A stretch of 64,000 bases of DNA from Cellvibrionaceae bacterium (GCA_002707785.1 PANW01000024.1:45700-109699); one strand, 5' to 3'; shown: positions 9,826 through 20,203, numbered from the stretch's first letter. Notes: generated from the sequence alone by a model not told the origin. Numbers and translations are program-made.

Positions 9826-10542
9826 TTAGGTGGCTACTTGAGCTTGTTCGCGAAATACTCGAAGCGCCTGCTGGCTTTGTTGCCACCAGTGACTGCTCGT
9901 GAGTTCATCGAGCCAGAGCTTTACAGCTGGGTGTTGATCAAGGTTGAGCCCAATCTCGTCGGCGTACATCAAAGGTGCGGCGATAGAGATGTCTGCAAGG
10001 CTGATAACCTGACCGGCCAGAAACCGTTTTTCTTGTAAGGTTTCATCGAGTAGGTCGAGCAACTTGTCGAGACGCTGTGTTTGTTTTTCAATCTCTTGTG
10101 GACTGCCGTCATAGCCCCAAAAAGGGAAATACACTCGATGTTTCAGCAGTGTGCCTATGCAGTGACTCCAGCGGCTGCTCTCCCACATAAACCAGCGAAT
10201 GACTTCTGTTTGCAGGTAGGGATCGGTGGGCCAGAGATCCGAGTGATGCAGACCGGCTAAGTAATGCAGGATGGCATTGGATTCCCAAATGACCCGATTG
10301 CCATCGACGAGTGCGGGTATTTTTTTGTTGGGGTTAATCGCCGAAAAAGACTCAGAGTGATGCTCCAACTGATCCAGCAATACGACCCGGGTGTTGATTT
10401 CAAAGGCCGCTGTAGTGCTATCTATCGCGTCCTTTTGATGGGTGTTCAAATAGTGCTGCAGCAGTGAGATCTTTATCGGGTTATGCGTGAGAGGGTAGGT
10501 GAGCAGCTCGATTTTTCGCGGGCCTAGTGGTATTGCCATCAT
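9826..10542 (-). CDS. Glutathione S-transferase family protein
   Basis: Motifs INPNKKIPALVD, WESNAILHYLA and ISLADI. Start at 10542 follows GGGAG. Confidence 0.9.
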   Translation of the reverse strand: MMAIPLGPRKIELLTYPLTHNPIKISLLQHYLNTHQKDAIDSTTAAFEINTRVVLLDQLEHHSESFSAINPNKKIPALVDGNRVIWESNAILHYLAGLHHSDLWPTDPYLQTEVIRWFMWESSRWSHCIGTLLKHRVYFPFWGYDGSPQEIEKQTQRLDKLLDLLDETLQEKRFLAGQVISLADISIAAPLMYADEIGLNLDQHPAVKLWLDELTSSHWWQQSQQALRVFREQAQVAT

Positions 10543-10566
10543 TGTTCTCCCAGTCATCTGTTTAAT

Positions 10567-10578
10567 ATGTATATGCAT
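10567..10578. promoter_or_regulatory. Operator copy 2 (ATGTATATGCAT), upstream of the GST gene
   Basis: Same motif, with shared flanks TTTAAT and GTATTT as copy 1. Confidence 0.7.
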
Positions 10579-10712
10579 GTATTTGTTTTTAAAAAGACAC
10601 GATCTATGCGTGCCACTGGTTTTTTACTTGAAAGTAGTACTTCTATTCGGCATCTAAACTTTGAGCTCAGCGACTCTTTAGGTTCAACGACGCGTTAAGC
10701 ACTGCTGCTCTT

Positions 10713-11156
10713 TTACACTTTGAGTTCGACGACGCGATCACTAACAGTGAGCAGCTGTTGTGTCATATCTTCGCCGAGTTCTTTTGCAATAGCTTGCTGA
10801 GATCGATTCCAATCTTTTCGTGCGGCCATAAACAGGCGTTTGCCGTTGTCGGTAAGTCGGATAAGCTTTTGGCGTTTATCCTCTCCCGACATAACTTGTA
10901 GATAACCATCCCTAATTAGCGGTTTAAGATTTCTTGACAGGGTGGTTTGATCGATCACCAATGCCTCTTGCAGCGTACCGTTGGTGGCTTCCCCCATGTA
11001 GTTCACCGCCCGCAGGATGGAAAATTGCGTTACTTTAATACCGTGCTGGCTCATGTTGTGATCATAAATCTGAGTGATCACGCGATTGGCTTTGCGTAGG
11101 TACAAGGCCAAGCAAGGTTCAATTCCTCGGTCGTCTTTGGGGATTAATTGAGTCAT
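10713..11156 (-). CDS. MarR family transcriptional regulator
   Basis: CLALYLRKANRVITQIYD, TQFSIL, DQTTLSRNLKPL and DKRQKLIRLT. Confidence 0.92.
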   Translation of the reverse strand: MTQLIPKDDRGIEPCLALYLRKANRVITQIYDHNMSQHGIKVTQFSILRAVNYMGEATNGTLQEALVIDQTTLSRNLKPLIRDGYLQVMSGEDKRQKLIRLTDNGKRLFMAARKDWNRSQQAIAKELGEDMTQQLLTVSDRVVELKV

Positions 11157-11191
11157 GAGCTGATTAAATATGTATATGCATGCTTTGTCAA
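11157..11191 (-). promoter_or_regulatory. Sigma70 promoter of marR (leaderless geometry) with operator copy 3 in the spacer
   Basis: Minus strand reads TTGACA-17 nt (AAGCATGCATATACATA)-TTTAAT-6 nt-ATG, with no Shine-Dalgarno. Confidence 0.7.
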
Positions 11192-11749
11192 TCTCTTTAT
11201 GCTATTTTTCCAAATTCCATTTCCTCTGCTTGGAATGTTATTAGAGGTCGGAATTTATAAGCGATTGAAATATAGATTGAGGTCGAACAAGCATTATCAA
11301 AAATAGCCAGAAACTGGGGGATTTTGACACCTGCTCTTTGGGCGGTGGCGAGGTTCTTTGTAACTTATTGATTTTGTTTTATTTTTTTCGTTATTTTTCT
11401 GATGCCTAGACCGCTTGGTCAGCCGCGAAATATCAATATACTCAGCTGTTAAAGGGTGAATATAGAAAAACTGCGTTATTGTTGTTGTGCTAGATGCTAA
11501 AGCTGAGCAATAGTAGAATTAAGCGACAAAACTTACGTTTTCGGCACGATCTTGAAATCTATCATTCTACTATTGAATGAATATGAGATAGATTAACTTT
11601 GGTGGAAATTCTCTAGGGCATGGATAGTTTGAAAAGAGAGTTCGAGGTCTAACACCAGAGTGCAGGAATATGAAAGTAACATTCGTTAAGGAGTCTAATC
11701 TGTTGGTCCGTCGGTGGCCGAGGTTAGTGCAATCACTGCATAGGATGAA

Positions 11750-13321
11750 TTGACCACTATGTCTCCAGCTTCCACCAAGAAAAAGCTGTATTTGGATTAT
11801 TTGTGGGCTGTAACAATTGCTATGGGCATGTTTAGTCTGTTTATAGTGCTGGATGTTACGGAGCTCTGGTACGACTTTACCCGCAGCCATGAGGAATATG
11901 AACTCGATGAAACCTTTGGTCTGATTCTTGGGTTATGTATTGGGCTTCTGTTTCTCACCTACCGTTTAATGGCTCATCACCGATTTAAAGCTCATAAAAT
12001 ACATCAACTCTCCAGAAAACTAGAAGTCGAAGCAAATTACGATCATTTAACCCGGCTTCCTAACCGTCGCGCTTTTAAGCAGCGTATGGATCAGTTGATT
12101 TGTGAATCCTCTGAAAGCGGGCAGCACTTTACTCTGCTATCTACTGATCTTGATAACTTTAAATATATCAATGACATGTTGGGTCACTCAATGGGAGACC
12201 GGTTATTGGTGGAAGTTGCTAACCGCTTGCAAGCCATGTCGTTTAAAGAGGCTGAGTTGTTTCGAGTGGGGGGCGATGAATTTTGTATTATCTTACCTGG
12301 CAGTATCAGTAACGAAGCTTGCTTGGCTGTCTGTACGCTATTGAATGAAGAGATTGATCGTCCCTTCTGTTTTGATGGCCAAAAACTCCATATCACTCAG
12401 TCTATTGGTATTAGCCGCTACCCCGAGGATGGCAACAACTATGAGGAGCTACTGAGTATCGCCGATATCGCTATGTTCATGGGAAAGATTCCGGGCAAAG
12501 ACAGCAATAATTTTAAGGATGGGGCGTTTATCGCCGATATGGAGCGTCGCTTTATCATCCAGCACGGTTTACGCGATGCCATTTCTCGCCGTCAGTTTAG
12601 TGTGGAATATCAGCCTAAGATTGATTTACAAACCGGAGGGCTAATCGCTTCTGAGGCCTTGGTGAGGTGGCAGCACCCAGAGCACGGTCGTATTAACCCC
12701 GATGAGTTCATTTATATTGCAGAGGAAACTCACACCATTCAGAAGATTGACTACCTAGTTCTAGAGATGGTGTGTGATCAATTGCAGCAGTGGGGTGACT
12801 TGGCTAAACCGGTGGCAATAAACTTGTCTCCATTGTTGTTGGCTGATGAGCGTTTGCCGGAAAAGGTTATGGCAACACTAGAGCAGTACGACATCGATCA
12901 TTCTTTGATTGAGTTCGAGATTACAGAGCGAACAGTCGTCGTAGACTCCAAAGTGCCTCTTAAAACGTGTCAGTTTTTTCAGCGTCAGGGTATTGCGGTC
13001 AGTTTGGATGACTTTGGTACCGGCTATTCATCCCTATCCCATTTAGCTGATTTTCCGATAAGCAAGCTCAAAATTGATCGTACTTTTATTCAGTCAATTA
13101 GTGAGAGTGACCGCACACGCAATATTGTGTCGGCCATTGTTGCATTGGCGCATGCCTTGCAGATTCAAGTGGTCGCCGAAGGTGTAGAAACAGAGCAGCA
13201 AATGCAGTGGTTGCAGAGCATTGGTTGCGAAGAGGCGCAAGGCTATTTATTTGATAAGCCCCTGGCCTCGGAACTGTTTTTGCAACGCTTACAAAACTGT
13301 TGTGAACCTGAAATCAGTTAG
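11750..13321 (+). CDS. Membrane-anchored GGDEF-EAL protein
   Basis: Two N-terminal TMs, then DHLTRLPNRR, GGDEF, EALVRW, DDFGTGYSS and EGVE. Confidence 0.92.
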   Translation: MTTMSPASTKKKLYLDYLWAVTIAMGMFSLFIVLDVTELWYDFTRSHEEYELDETFGLILGLCIGLLFLTYRLMAHHRFKAHKIHQLSRKLEVEANYDHLTRLPNRRAFKQRMDQLICESSESGQHFTLLSTDLDNFKYINDMLGHSMGDRLLVEVANRLQAMSFKEAELFRVGGDEFCIILPGSISNEACLAVCTLLNEEIDRPFCFDGQKLHITQSIGISRYPEDGNNYEELLSIADIAMFMGKIPGKDSNNFKDGAFIADMERRFIIQHGLRDAISRRQFSVEYQPKIDLQTGGLIASEALVRWQHPEHGRINPDEFIYIAEETHTIQKIDYLVLEMVCDQLQQWGDLAKPVAINLSPLLLADERLPEKVMATLEQYDIDHSLIEFEITERTVVVDSKVPLKTCQFFQRQGIAVSLDDFGTGYSSLSHLADFPISKLKIDRTFIQSISESDRTRNIVSAIVALAHALQIQVVAEGVETEQQMQWLQSIGCEEAQGYLFDKPLASELFLQRLQNCCEPEIS

Positions 13322-13322
13322 A

Positions 13323-14231
13323 TCATTTCTTCGATTCTTTAGCGATGTTTAGATAGCCGCGCTGATCACCGTCTTGCCGTGGCCACTCCATCATTTGGAG
13401 TTGGCGCCATGTATCTTTGTTTATAGCCAGTTCCCTACTATTGGCGGCGCGCCGAAAGTTAACAGAGAACAGATCGCTGCCGCTGTAGTCATCGAGTTTA
13501 CTCACGATTTGCTCTGCGCTGAGTGATTGTTGTGCACAGCAGTCGTTGAGATAATCCAGTGCTTGATCGAGTGAGAGGCCTTTTTCTCGCAGTGTTTGAT
13601 CGACTGACCAAAAGTACCAGGTTCCGCTCCAATAAACTCTCATATAGGCGTGATGTTTGCGCATGTTACGACTGAGTTGTCGGAGCGTCAGGTGTGGCGC
13701 AGAATTATTGTCGATGCCTCGCTGTAGGCCCGCTAATAGCTTTTGTTTGGCTTGCTCTTGGGTTAGTACCCCCATGCGATACTGCAATATGTTCTGATAG
13801 TAGGAGGCCAGCCCCTCAGAAAACCAGAGATCTCCCCAACCTTGGTAGGGAATCAATAGGTGGCTGTACTCATGGTAGGCAGTCCAATCACCCATCAGTT
13901 GCTCATAGGTCGCGTCGGGGTTAATGACTAGGCGGATCTTGTTGGTGAGTTTTCCTCGGTTAACCTGCCCCCAAGGGACAAGACTGTTCGAACGGTAATC
14001 ACTGGCGTTCACAGTTACTTGGTAAGGTTTGGCTGGAGCAGCGCCAAAGGCTTGGCTCACGGCTTGATGATTCCATTGCAACCACTTTTTGACGACTAGA
14101 TGATCAAGGCTTTCATCAATGGTCGCATCAGGTGTCGTATCCGCTGGAGATGCCAGTTGTGGCGCCAAAACTGCCAGACACAATAAAACACTCATTCTGA
14201 CATGTTTTATCACTCTTTTTTGTGCTCTCAT
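13323..14231 (-). CDS. Secreted zinc metallopeptidase-like protein (M61/gluzincin-like)
   Basis: Signal peptide; HEYSH followed by WFSEGLASYY. Confidence 0.65.
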   Translation of the reverse strand: MRAQKRVIKHVRMSVLLCLAVLAPQLASPADTTPDATIDESLDHLVVKKWLQWNHQAVSQAFGAAPAKPYQVTVNASDYRSNSLVPWGQVNRGKLTNKIRLVINPDATYEQLMGDWTAYHEYSHLLIPYQGWGDLWFSEGLASYYQNILQYRMGVLTQEQAKQKLLAGLQRGIDNNSAPHLTLRQLSRNMRKHHAYMRVYWSGTWYFWSVDQTLREKGLSLDQALDYLNDCCAQQSLSAEQIVSKLDDYSGSDLFSVNFRRAANSRELAINKDTWRQLQMMEWPRQDGDQRGYLNIAKESKK

Positions 14232-14415
14232 AGGTGTTCACCATTTACTGACCGAGCGGACTTCTTGAGGTATAGCACACTGGGGTTTTGAGCGATATCG
14301 TTTAGGCTCCGTTTTCATACCCGACACGAAGTGCTGTTGGCCCCGACAATTTCGACCTCGCGCCGAGCAGTTGAATTTGTACAAAAATAATGATCTGAAA
14401 GAGAGAGTAAAGAGT

Positions 14416-14814
14416 ATGACAATTTCCACGAGTTTGGATGTAACTTCTATTTACGCGGCTTTGTTGGGCATAATGTTCATTGTGTTCACTTTGCGCGTGG
14501 GTGCCTATCGCGCTAAGAACCGCATTAGTCTGGGAGACGGAGGGAACAATGAGCTCCAGCGTCGCAGTCGCGCCCAAGGTAACTTCATTGAGTCGGTGCC
14601 TATCGCGCTGATTCTATTGGCGTTAGTGGAGCTGTCTGGTGCCTCTGCCACTTGGCTTCATGCGTTGGGGAGCATGTTGGTTATCGGGCGTTGGTCTCAC
14701 TGGTTACAGCTTTCAGGGTTTCTCAAACCACTGGCGTTTCGCCCCATTGGTATGGTGTTAACCCTCATGAGTATTTTAGTGTCCTCAATACTGCTGTTAC
14801 TTCAGGCGGTCTGA
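14416..14814 (+). CDS. MAPEG family membrane protein (YecN-like)
   Basis: SLGDGG, RAQGNFIESVP and GRWSH; 4 TMs. Confidence 0.88.
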   Translation: MTISTSLDVTSIYAALLGIMFIVFTLRVGAYRAKNRISLGDGGNNELQRRSRAQGNFIESVPIALILLALVELSGASATWLHALGSMLVIGRWSHWLQLSGFLKPLAFRPIGMVLTLMSILVSSILLLLQAV

Positions 14815-14905
14815 TTAATACGTTGATCGATAGTTGATCTGACAAAGTTCAGCGGTTGGTTTCTATCCGCCGCTGTAACTTTATGATCTGTCTTAGTTTC
14901 TACCA

Positions 14906-16306
14906 TTAAAGCTCTTGCCGAACGAGTTCTCCTAAATCCTCTACCGCTTTCTTTCGCTCGGCAGTCCAAGGGTGAACAAAGCTCATCCTCAAAAAATTGA
15001 AGTAGCGCTCCTGGGCCGTGAATAAACGCCCCGGGGTGAGAATGAGCCCCCTTTCTCTCGCCTTGCTATAGAGTTTCAGTGTGTTGATTTGTTTTGGCAG
15101 TTCTAGCCAAACCGATAAACCACCCTTGGGGTTGCTGCAGCTGATCACTTCAGGAATGTTCTGATTCAATAGTTGCGTGAGTTGTTGGTGTTGTTGGCGA
15201 TACTTCAATCGCTGCTGGCGCATGTGTTTTTCCAGTCCGCCATCGCTGAGAAAATTACTCACGCCCAGTTGCAATGTTTGACTGCTGGCCAGTGCCGTGA
15301 CGATTTTGAGCTTTTTGATGGTGTCGATATGGCGCTCGGAAACGATCCAGCCAATACGCAAATCCCGAGACAAGCTCTTGGAGAATGAGGAGCACAGAAT
15401 GACCCAACCTTTGGTGTCGTAAGAATAGATCGAGCGAGGCCTTTGCAGATCAAAATAAATTTCCCCGTAGATGTCGTCTTCGATGATTGTAAATTGGTGT
15501 TTTTCCGCCAGAGAGAGTATTTGCAGCTTGTGGTCTTCTGGCATCGAGGCGCCAGTGGGTGTCGCAAAGCTGGGAGAAACCACTAGGGCTTTAATGTCCC
15601 AGTGCTGGGTTGCCAGTTCGAGTGCTTCAGGGCTCAGTCCATCGCTGGCGGAGCAGGGCAGCTCCAGCGCTTTCAGGCCCAGTGCCTCAAGCAGTTGAAA
15701 GGTGCCATAAAACCCTGGCGATTCCACAGCCACCACATCGCCGGGCTCGGTGGTGGCCATCAAAGCCAATAGCAATGCGTGTTGGCAACCGTGAGTGACC
15801 GTCATGTCGTCAGCCTGCACACTGGCACCGCCATGTGCAATGCGTTGCGCCAGTTGTTGGCGCAATTCCAAAGACCCTTGCGGATCGTCGTAGTAGAGTT
15901 GCTGTTGACTGCCTTCCAATCGTTGTGCACGGGCCAAACTGCGGCGCAAAGAGGCGGAATCTTCATTGCCGGGGGCGTTGGGTTTGAGGTCAAAGGCGGC
16001 GCCGCGCTCCATGATGTCCAGCAATACCTGATCGGCTGACACAGGAGTGGGGCGAACCTTAGGTTGGCTGGTATCGGGCAGTTTCAGTTCAGGTTGTTGC
16101 GGCTGACAGACGAAGTAGCCCGATCGCATTCTGGCCTCGATCAACCCTTCCGCTTCTAAGTGGGTGTATGCGGCCAACACCGTCGATTTAGAAATCTTCT
16201 TGGCGCGGCACAGTTCACGCACCGAAGGCATTCTCTCGCCGGGGGACAGTTGCCCAGAATCGATTTGCTGACGGAAATCTTGTTCCAGTTTTTGATACAG
16301 GCGCAC
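14906..16306 (-). CDS. MocR/GntR PLP-dependent transcriptional regulator (YdcR/MpaR-like)
   Basis: wHTH motifs RMPSVREL and RSGYFV; aminotransferase domain with IIEDDIY and SSFSKSLSRDLRIGW. GTG start at 16306 follows GAGG. Confidence 0.9.
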   Translation of the reverse strand: MRLYQKLEQDFRQQIDSGQLSPGERMPSVRELCRAKKISKSTVLAAYTHLEAEGLIEARMRSGYFVCQPQQPELKLPDTSQPKVRPTPVSADQVLLDIMERGAAFDLKPNAPGNEDSASLRRSLARAQRLEGSQQQLYYDDPQGSLELRQQLAQRIAHGGASVQADDMTVTHGCQHALLLALMATTEPGDVVAVESPGFYGTFQLLEALGLKALELPCSASDGLSPEALELATQHWDIKALVVSPSFATPTGASMPEDHKLQILSLAEKHQFTIIEDDIYGEIYFDLQRPRSIYSYDTKGWVILCSSFSKSLSRDLRIGWIVSERHIDTIKKLKIVTALASSQTLQLGVSNFLSDGGLEKHMRQQRLKYRQQHQQLTQLLNQNIPEVISCSNPKGGLSVWLELPKQINTLKLYSKARERGLILTPGRLFTAQERYFNFLRMSFVHPWTAERKKAVEDLGELVRQEL

Positions 16307-16319
16307 AATAAACCTCTGC

Positions 16320-16411
16320 AATGGGTACAGTTGGACAAATTTTGTAGGGTACAAGCCGCTATAAAAAATTCTGTGCACCAATATATACTATTTTTTGATT
16401 CTGTACCCATT
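16320..16411. promoter_or_regulatory. Inverted/direct repeat operator region between mocR and ccoG
   Basis: AATGGGTACAG (16320-30) and CTGTACCCATT (16401-11) form a perfect 11-bp inverted repeat. An extra GGGTACA lies at 16347-53. Confidence 0.6.
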
Positions 16412-16466
16412 AAAGAGTTAAAACTACACTGGCACTCCAATTTGTTGTAGGTCGGAGTGCTCCGTC

Positions 16467-17927
16467 ATGAGCGATCGAATTCACGCCATTAATGTATCGT
16501 CATCCAGCGATGATTCCTCTCAAGTTCGCTATGTCGATGGCTATGTTTCCAGCAAGGTTTACACCCGTCGAATCCGAGGCCTGTTCCAACGTTTGAGGCG
16601 TCGTATCGCGATTCCGCTGGTGATGCTATTTGTGCTCACGCCGTGGTTCATCATTGATGGACGTCCGGCGATGCTGTTTGATTTAAGTGCGCAAAAATTT
16701 CATGTGCTGTGGATGACGTTCTGGCCCCAAGATGGAATTCTGCTGGCTTGGTTGTTGATCATCGCGGCGTTTTTATTGTTCGCGGTCACCGTTTGGATCG
16801 GACGGGTTTGGTGTGGATTCAGTTGTCCGCAAACCATTTGGACGCAGATGTTCATTTGGATTGAAGACAAGTGTGAAGGCGACCGCAATCGGCGCATGAA
16901 ACTCGATCAAATGCCTTGGGGCTGGGAAAAGCTGCGACGTAAATCCGCTACCCACAGCTTATGGTTGTTGGTGTCACTGATCAGTAGCTTCACCTTTGTT
17001 GCCTATTTTTATGGTCCTGTGGAATTGTTACGTGACGCTTTGAGGTTTGAGGCTTCACTAGAAACCTATTTCTGGTTGTTCACTTTCACGGCAATGACCT
17101 ATCTCAACGCCGGTTGGTTACGCGAGCAAGTGTGTAAATACATGTGTCCCTATTCTCGTATTCAGTCTGTGATGTATGACAGTGATACTTTTGTGGTGGC
17201 TTACGATCAAGAGCGCGGAGAGCCCCGTGGTGTGGTGACAAAAAACGCCACGCTTAAATCGGGCGAGGCTCTTGCTGCATCAAGTGCTAAGGGGGACTGC
17301 GTGGATTGCAGTTGGTGTGTGCAAGTTTGCCCAGTGGACATCGATATACGCGAGGGTTTGCAGCCAGAATGTATCGCTTGTGGTCTCTGCATTGATGCCT
17401 GCGACATGGTTATGGAGAAGGTACAGAAACCCAGTGGGTTGATTCGTTTTCAGTCTGAACACGTGAAGGGCAGCATTTGGTCGCGGTTAGCGCGTCCGCG
17501 AATGATTGGTTACAGCATGGCCTTGCTGCTCATGATGGGCGTGTTTTCCAATACGATACTGACGCGAGTGCCACTGGGCGTAGATGTTATCCGCGATCGT
17601 GGCATGCATCTCTATCGAGTTCGCAACGATCGAATTGAGAACGTATACACCGTAAAAATCAAAAACATGGAAACCCAAATCAATCGCGTAGTCTTGTCGG
17701 TGGCCGAGGGTGCACCCTATCGATTGAGGTCTCACAGGGTGGTGGAGTTGGATCCGGGAGAGCTATTAACGCTGCCTATTCGAGTTACCTTACCGAAAGA
17801 TCAAGTGCAATTCAGTCAGTCCACCATTCATGTTGTTGCGGAAATACTGGATCGACCAGAGACGCGAGCGCGTCAAAAAACCTTGTTCATGGCTCCAGCC
17901 ATGCGACTCAAACTTGCTGGACAATAG
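16467..17927 (+). CDS. ccoG: CcoG/FixG-type membrane polyferredoxin
   Basis: GRVWCGFSCPQT, EQVCKYMCPY, CVDCSWCVQVCP and CIACGLCIDAC; C-terminal Ig-like domain. Confidence 0.88.
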   Translation: MSDRIHAINVSSSSDDSSQVRYVDGYVSSKVYTRRIRGLFQRLRRRIAIPLVMLFVLTPWFIIDGRPAMLFDLSAQKFHVLWMTFWPQDGILLAWLLIIAAFLLFAVTVWIGRVWCGFSCPQTIWTQMFIWIEDKCEGDRNRRMKLDQMPWGWEKLRRKSATHSLWLLVSLISSFTFVAYFYGPVELLRDALRFEASLETYFWLFTFTAMTYLNAGWLREQVCKYMCPYSRIQSVMYDSDTFVVAYDQERGEPRGVVTKNATLKSGEALAASSAKGDCVDCSWCVQVCPVDIDIREGLQPECIACGLCIDACDMVMEKVQKPSGLIRFQSEHVKGSIWSRLARPRMIGYSMALLLMMGVFSNTILTRVPLGVDVIRDRGMHLYRVRNDRIENVYTVKIKNMETQINRVVLSVAEGAPYRLRSHRVVELDPGELLTLPIRVTLPKDQVQFSQSTIHVVAEILDRPETRARQKTLFMAPAMRLKLAGQ

Positions 17928-17938
17928 AGGTTCTGTCT

Positions 17939-19612
17939 ATGTATATCTACGATCAACGTGATCACACACTGCTGGGCGAGCGAGTCGACCAATTTAAGCG
18001 GCAAACAAAGCGCTTTCTGAGTGGGGAACTCACAGAAGAAGAGTTTCTTCCGCTGCGTTTACAGAACGGACTCTATGTTCAGCGCTTGGCGCCTATGCTG
18101 AGAATTGCCGTGCCCTATGGCATGTTATCTTCTTTGCAAGTTAGGAAGCTGGCTCACATTACTCGCCACTACGACAAAGGCTATTGTCACGTTACGACTC
18201 GACAGAATATCCAGCTCAATTGGCCGCGTTTGGAAGATGTGCCGGAGATTCTCGAAGAGTTGGCATCAGTGAGTATGCACGCCATTCAAACCAGCGGTAA
18301 CTGTATCCGCAATGTCACCTCCGATGCCTTTGCCGGTGTGGCAGACGATGAAGTCGCAGACCCTAGGCCCTATTGTGAACTTGTTCGTCAGTGGTCGACG
18401 CTGCATCCCGAGTTCGCTTTCCTGCCACGCAAATTCAAGATTGCCATCAATGGCACTCAACAAGATCGAGTGGCGATGAAGTTTCATGACATTGGCCTGC
18501 AAATTGTTGACCACGAGCAACAAGGTTTAGGATTTGAAGTGTATGTCGGGGGCGGCATGGGGCGCACGCCAGTGATTGGTCAGCAGGTACGTGACTTCCT
18601 ACCGCAGCAGTATTTGTTGTCTTATTTATGCGCGATTGTTCGTACCTACAATCGCTTGGGACGTCGCGATAACAAATATAAGGCGCGTATCAAAATTCTG
18701 GTCAAGGCCATGGGGGTAGAGAAATTCCGCACACTGGTGGAAGAAGAGTGGCTCAAAATCAAAGACAGCTATGCCTTGTTATCCACAGATGATGTGGAAA
18801 AAGCTCGCAGCTATTTTACTGAGCCAAAATCTATCAAGGATGCCGCTTCACAGAGTGAGAGCGTTAAGCCTCAAACCTCAAACGAGGATATGGAGGTGCT
18901 CAATCCCGCCTTCTCCCAATGGCTAACTCGTAATGTTCGCGCCCATCGCAATCCGACGTATGCCGCAGTAACGCTCTCGTTGAAGCCAACCGGTGTTGCG
19001 CCTGGAGATATTACCGCAGATCAATTGGATATTCTGGCGGACTTAGCAGAACGCTATTCACAAGGTGAGTTGCGGACCACTCATGAGCAAAACGTGGTGT
19101 TAGCGGATGTGTCTCGCGACCAGCTGTTTTCTTTATGGATTGAGGCTCGCGGCGCTGGTTTTGCAACCCCGAATATCGAAACTCTCACCGATATTGTTTG
19201 TTGCCCCGGTGGCGACTTTTGTGCGCTGGCTAATGCCAAGTCGCTTCCTATCGCTGAATCTATTCAAAAGACCTTCGATGATATGGATTATGTCTATGAC
19301 CTCGGTGAGCTTTCTCTGAATATCTCAGGTTGCATGAATGCTTGTGCACACCATCACGTCAGTGACATTGGTATCTTGGGCGTTGATAAAAAAGGTGAAG
19401 AGTTTTATCAGGTCATGTTGGGCGGCGACGACGGTCGACGCAAGGCGGCGATTGGAAAAGTGTTGGGGCCTGCCAGTGCGCGCGAGGCAATCCCACGAGT
19501 GGTGCAGCGGATACTGGATGTTTTTCTTGAGCACCGAATTGCCAACGAATCTTTTGCCGAAGTGTATCAACGTATTGGTCTGAGTTATTTTAAGGAGAGG
19601 GTGTATGGATAA
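17939..19612 (+). CDS. Siroheme nitrite/sulfite reductase (Pseudomonas CysI/NirA type)
   Basis: RLQNGLY, TTRQNIQ, TSGNCIRN, LPRKFK, CPGGDFC and SGCMNACAH. Confidence 0.9.
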   Translation: MYIYDQRDHTLLGERVDQFKRQTKRFLSGELTEEEFLPLRLQNGLYVQRLAPMLRIAVPYGMLSSLQVRKLAHITRHYDKGYCHVTTRQNIQLNWPRLEDVPEILEELASVSMHAIQTSGNCIRNVTSDAFAGVADDEVADPRPYCELVRQWSTLHPEFAFLPRKFKIAINGTQQDRVAMKFHDIGLQIVDHEQQGLGFEVYVGGGMGRTPVIGQQVRDFLPQQYLLSYLCAIVRTYNRLGRRDNKYKARIKILVKAMGVEKFRTLVEEEWLKIKDSYALLSTDDVEKARSYFTEPKSIKDAASQSESVKPQTSNEDMEVLNPAFSQWLTRNVRAHRNPTYAAVTLSLKPTGVAPGDITADQLDILADLAERYSQGELRTTHEQNVVLADVSRDQLFSLWIEARGAGFATPNIETLTDIVCCPGGDFCALANAKSLPIAESIQKTFDDMDYVYDLGELSLNISGCMNACAHHHVSDIGILGVDKKGEEFYQVMLGGDDGRRKAAIGKVLGPASAREAIPRVVQRILDVFLEHRIANESFAEVYQRIGLSYFKERVYG

Positions 19613-20105
19613 GCTGCTGCAGTTGGATCAGGGAAAATCCGGGTGGTCTGTAGATCGCTCTATCGAATTCGATGAAAGAAGTTACTTGAGCGCTGATCAG
19701 AACTCTCCCAGCGCGAGCGATTCTAAGGTCTGGCTATTTACTTTGTCGCAGTGGCAATTGGCTCGGCACAAGTTGGATTTAACCGGTATTCATTGCGGCT
19801 TGCTGTTGGACGCGGACGCTGATTTATCCGATATTGCGGAAGACCTGCCTCGATTTGGTGTTGTAGTGATTGATTTTCCCCATTTTAATGACGGTCGCGG
19901 TTTCAGTCTCGGCGCTCAATTGCGTGAGCACTACCAATTTAGGGGCGAAATGAGGGCCGCAGGTTATCTGTTGGTTGATCAATTGAACTATTTACTGCGC
20001 TGCGGCTTCGACAGTTTTTCTTTCCGCAATAATGTGGATCCCGAGACAGCAGTGTCAGCCTTGAGTGATTTTTCTGATAGCTATCAACCGTCGGTCGCCG
20101 TGTAA
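19605..20105 (+). CDS. DUF934 family protein (cysI partner)
   Basis: FPHFNDGRGFS, GEMRAAG, DQLNYLLRCGFDSF and C-terminal YQP. Overlaps the reductase stop. Confidence 0.85.
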   Translation: MDKLLQLDQGKSGWSVDRSIEFDERSYLSADQNSPSASDSKVWLFTLSQWQLARHKLDLTGIHCGLLLDADADLSDIAEDLPRFGVVVIDFPHFNDGRGFSLGAQLREHYQFRGEMRAAGYLLVDQLNYLLRCGFDSFSFRNNVDPETAVSALSDFSDSYQPSVAV

Positions 20106-20203
20106 TCGACGCTAACTAATGTTGAACAATTGCATAGGGGCACTGGATGATGACGAGCGTCGTTGATCCCTGCCCCTAGTTGAGTTGTTTCCTGCCTTGG
20201 TTT

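Noticed and set aside
16307-16381. N-terminal extension of the MocR ORF
   Set aside because: Overlaps the operator repeats. GTG at 16306 has an RBS and matches the usual start of the HTH domain.
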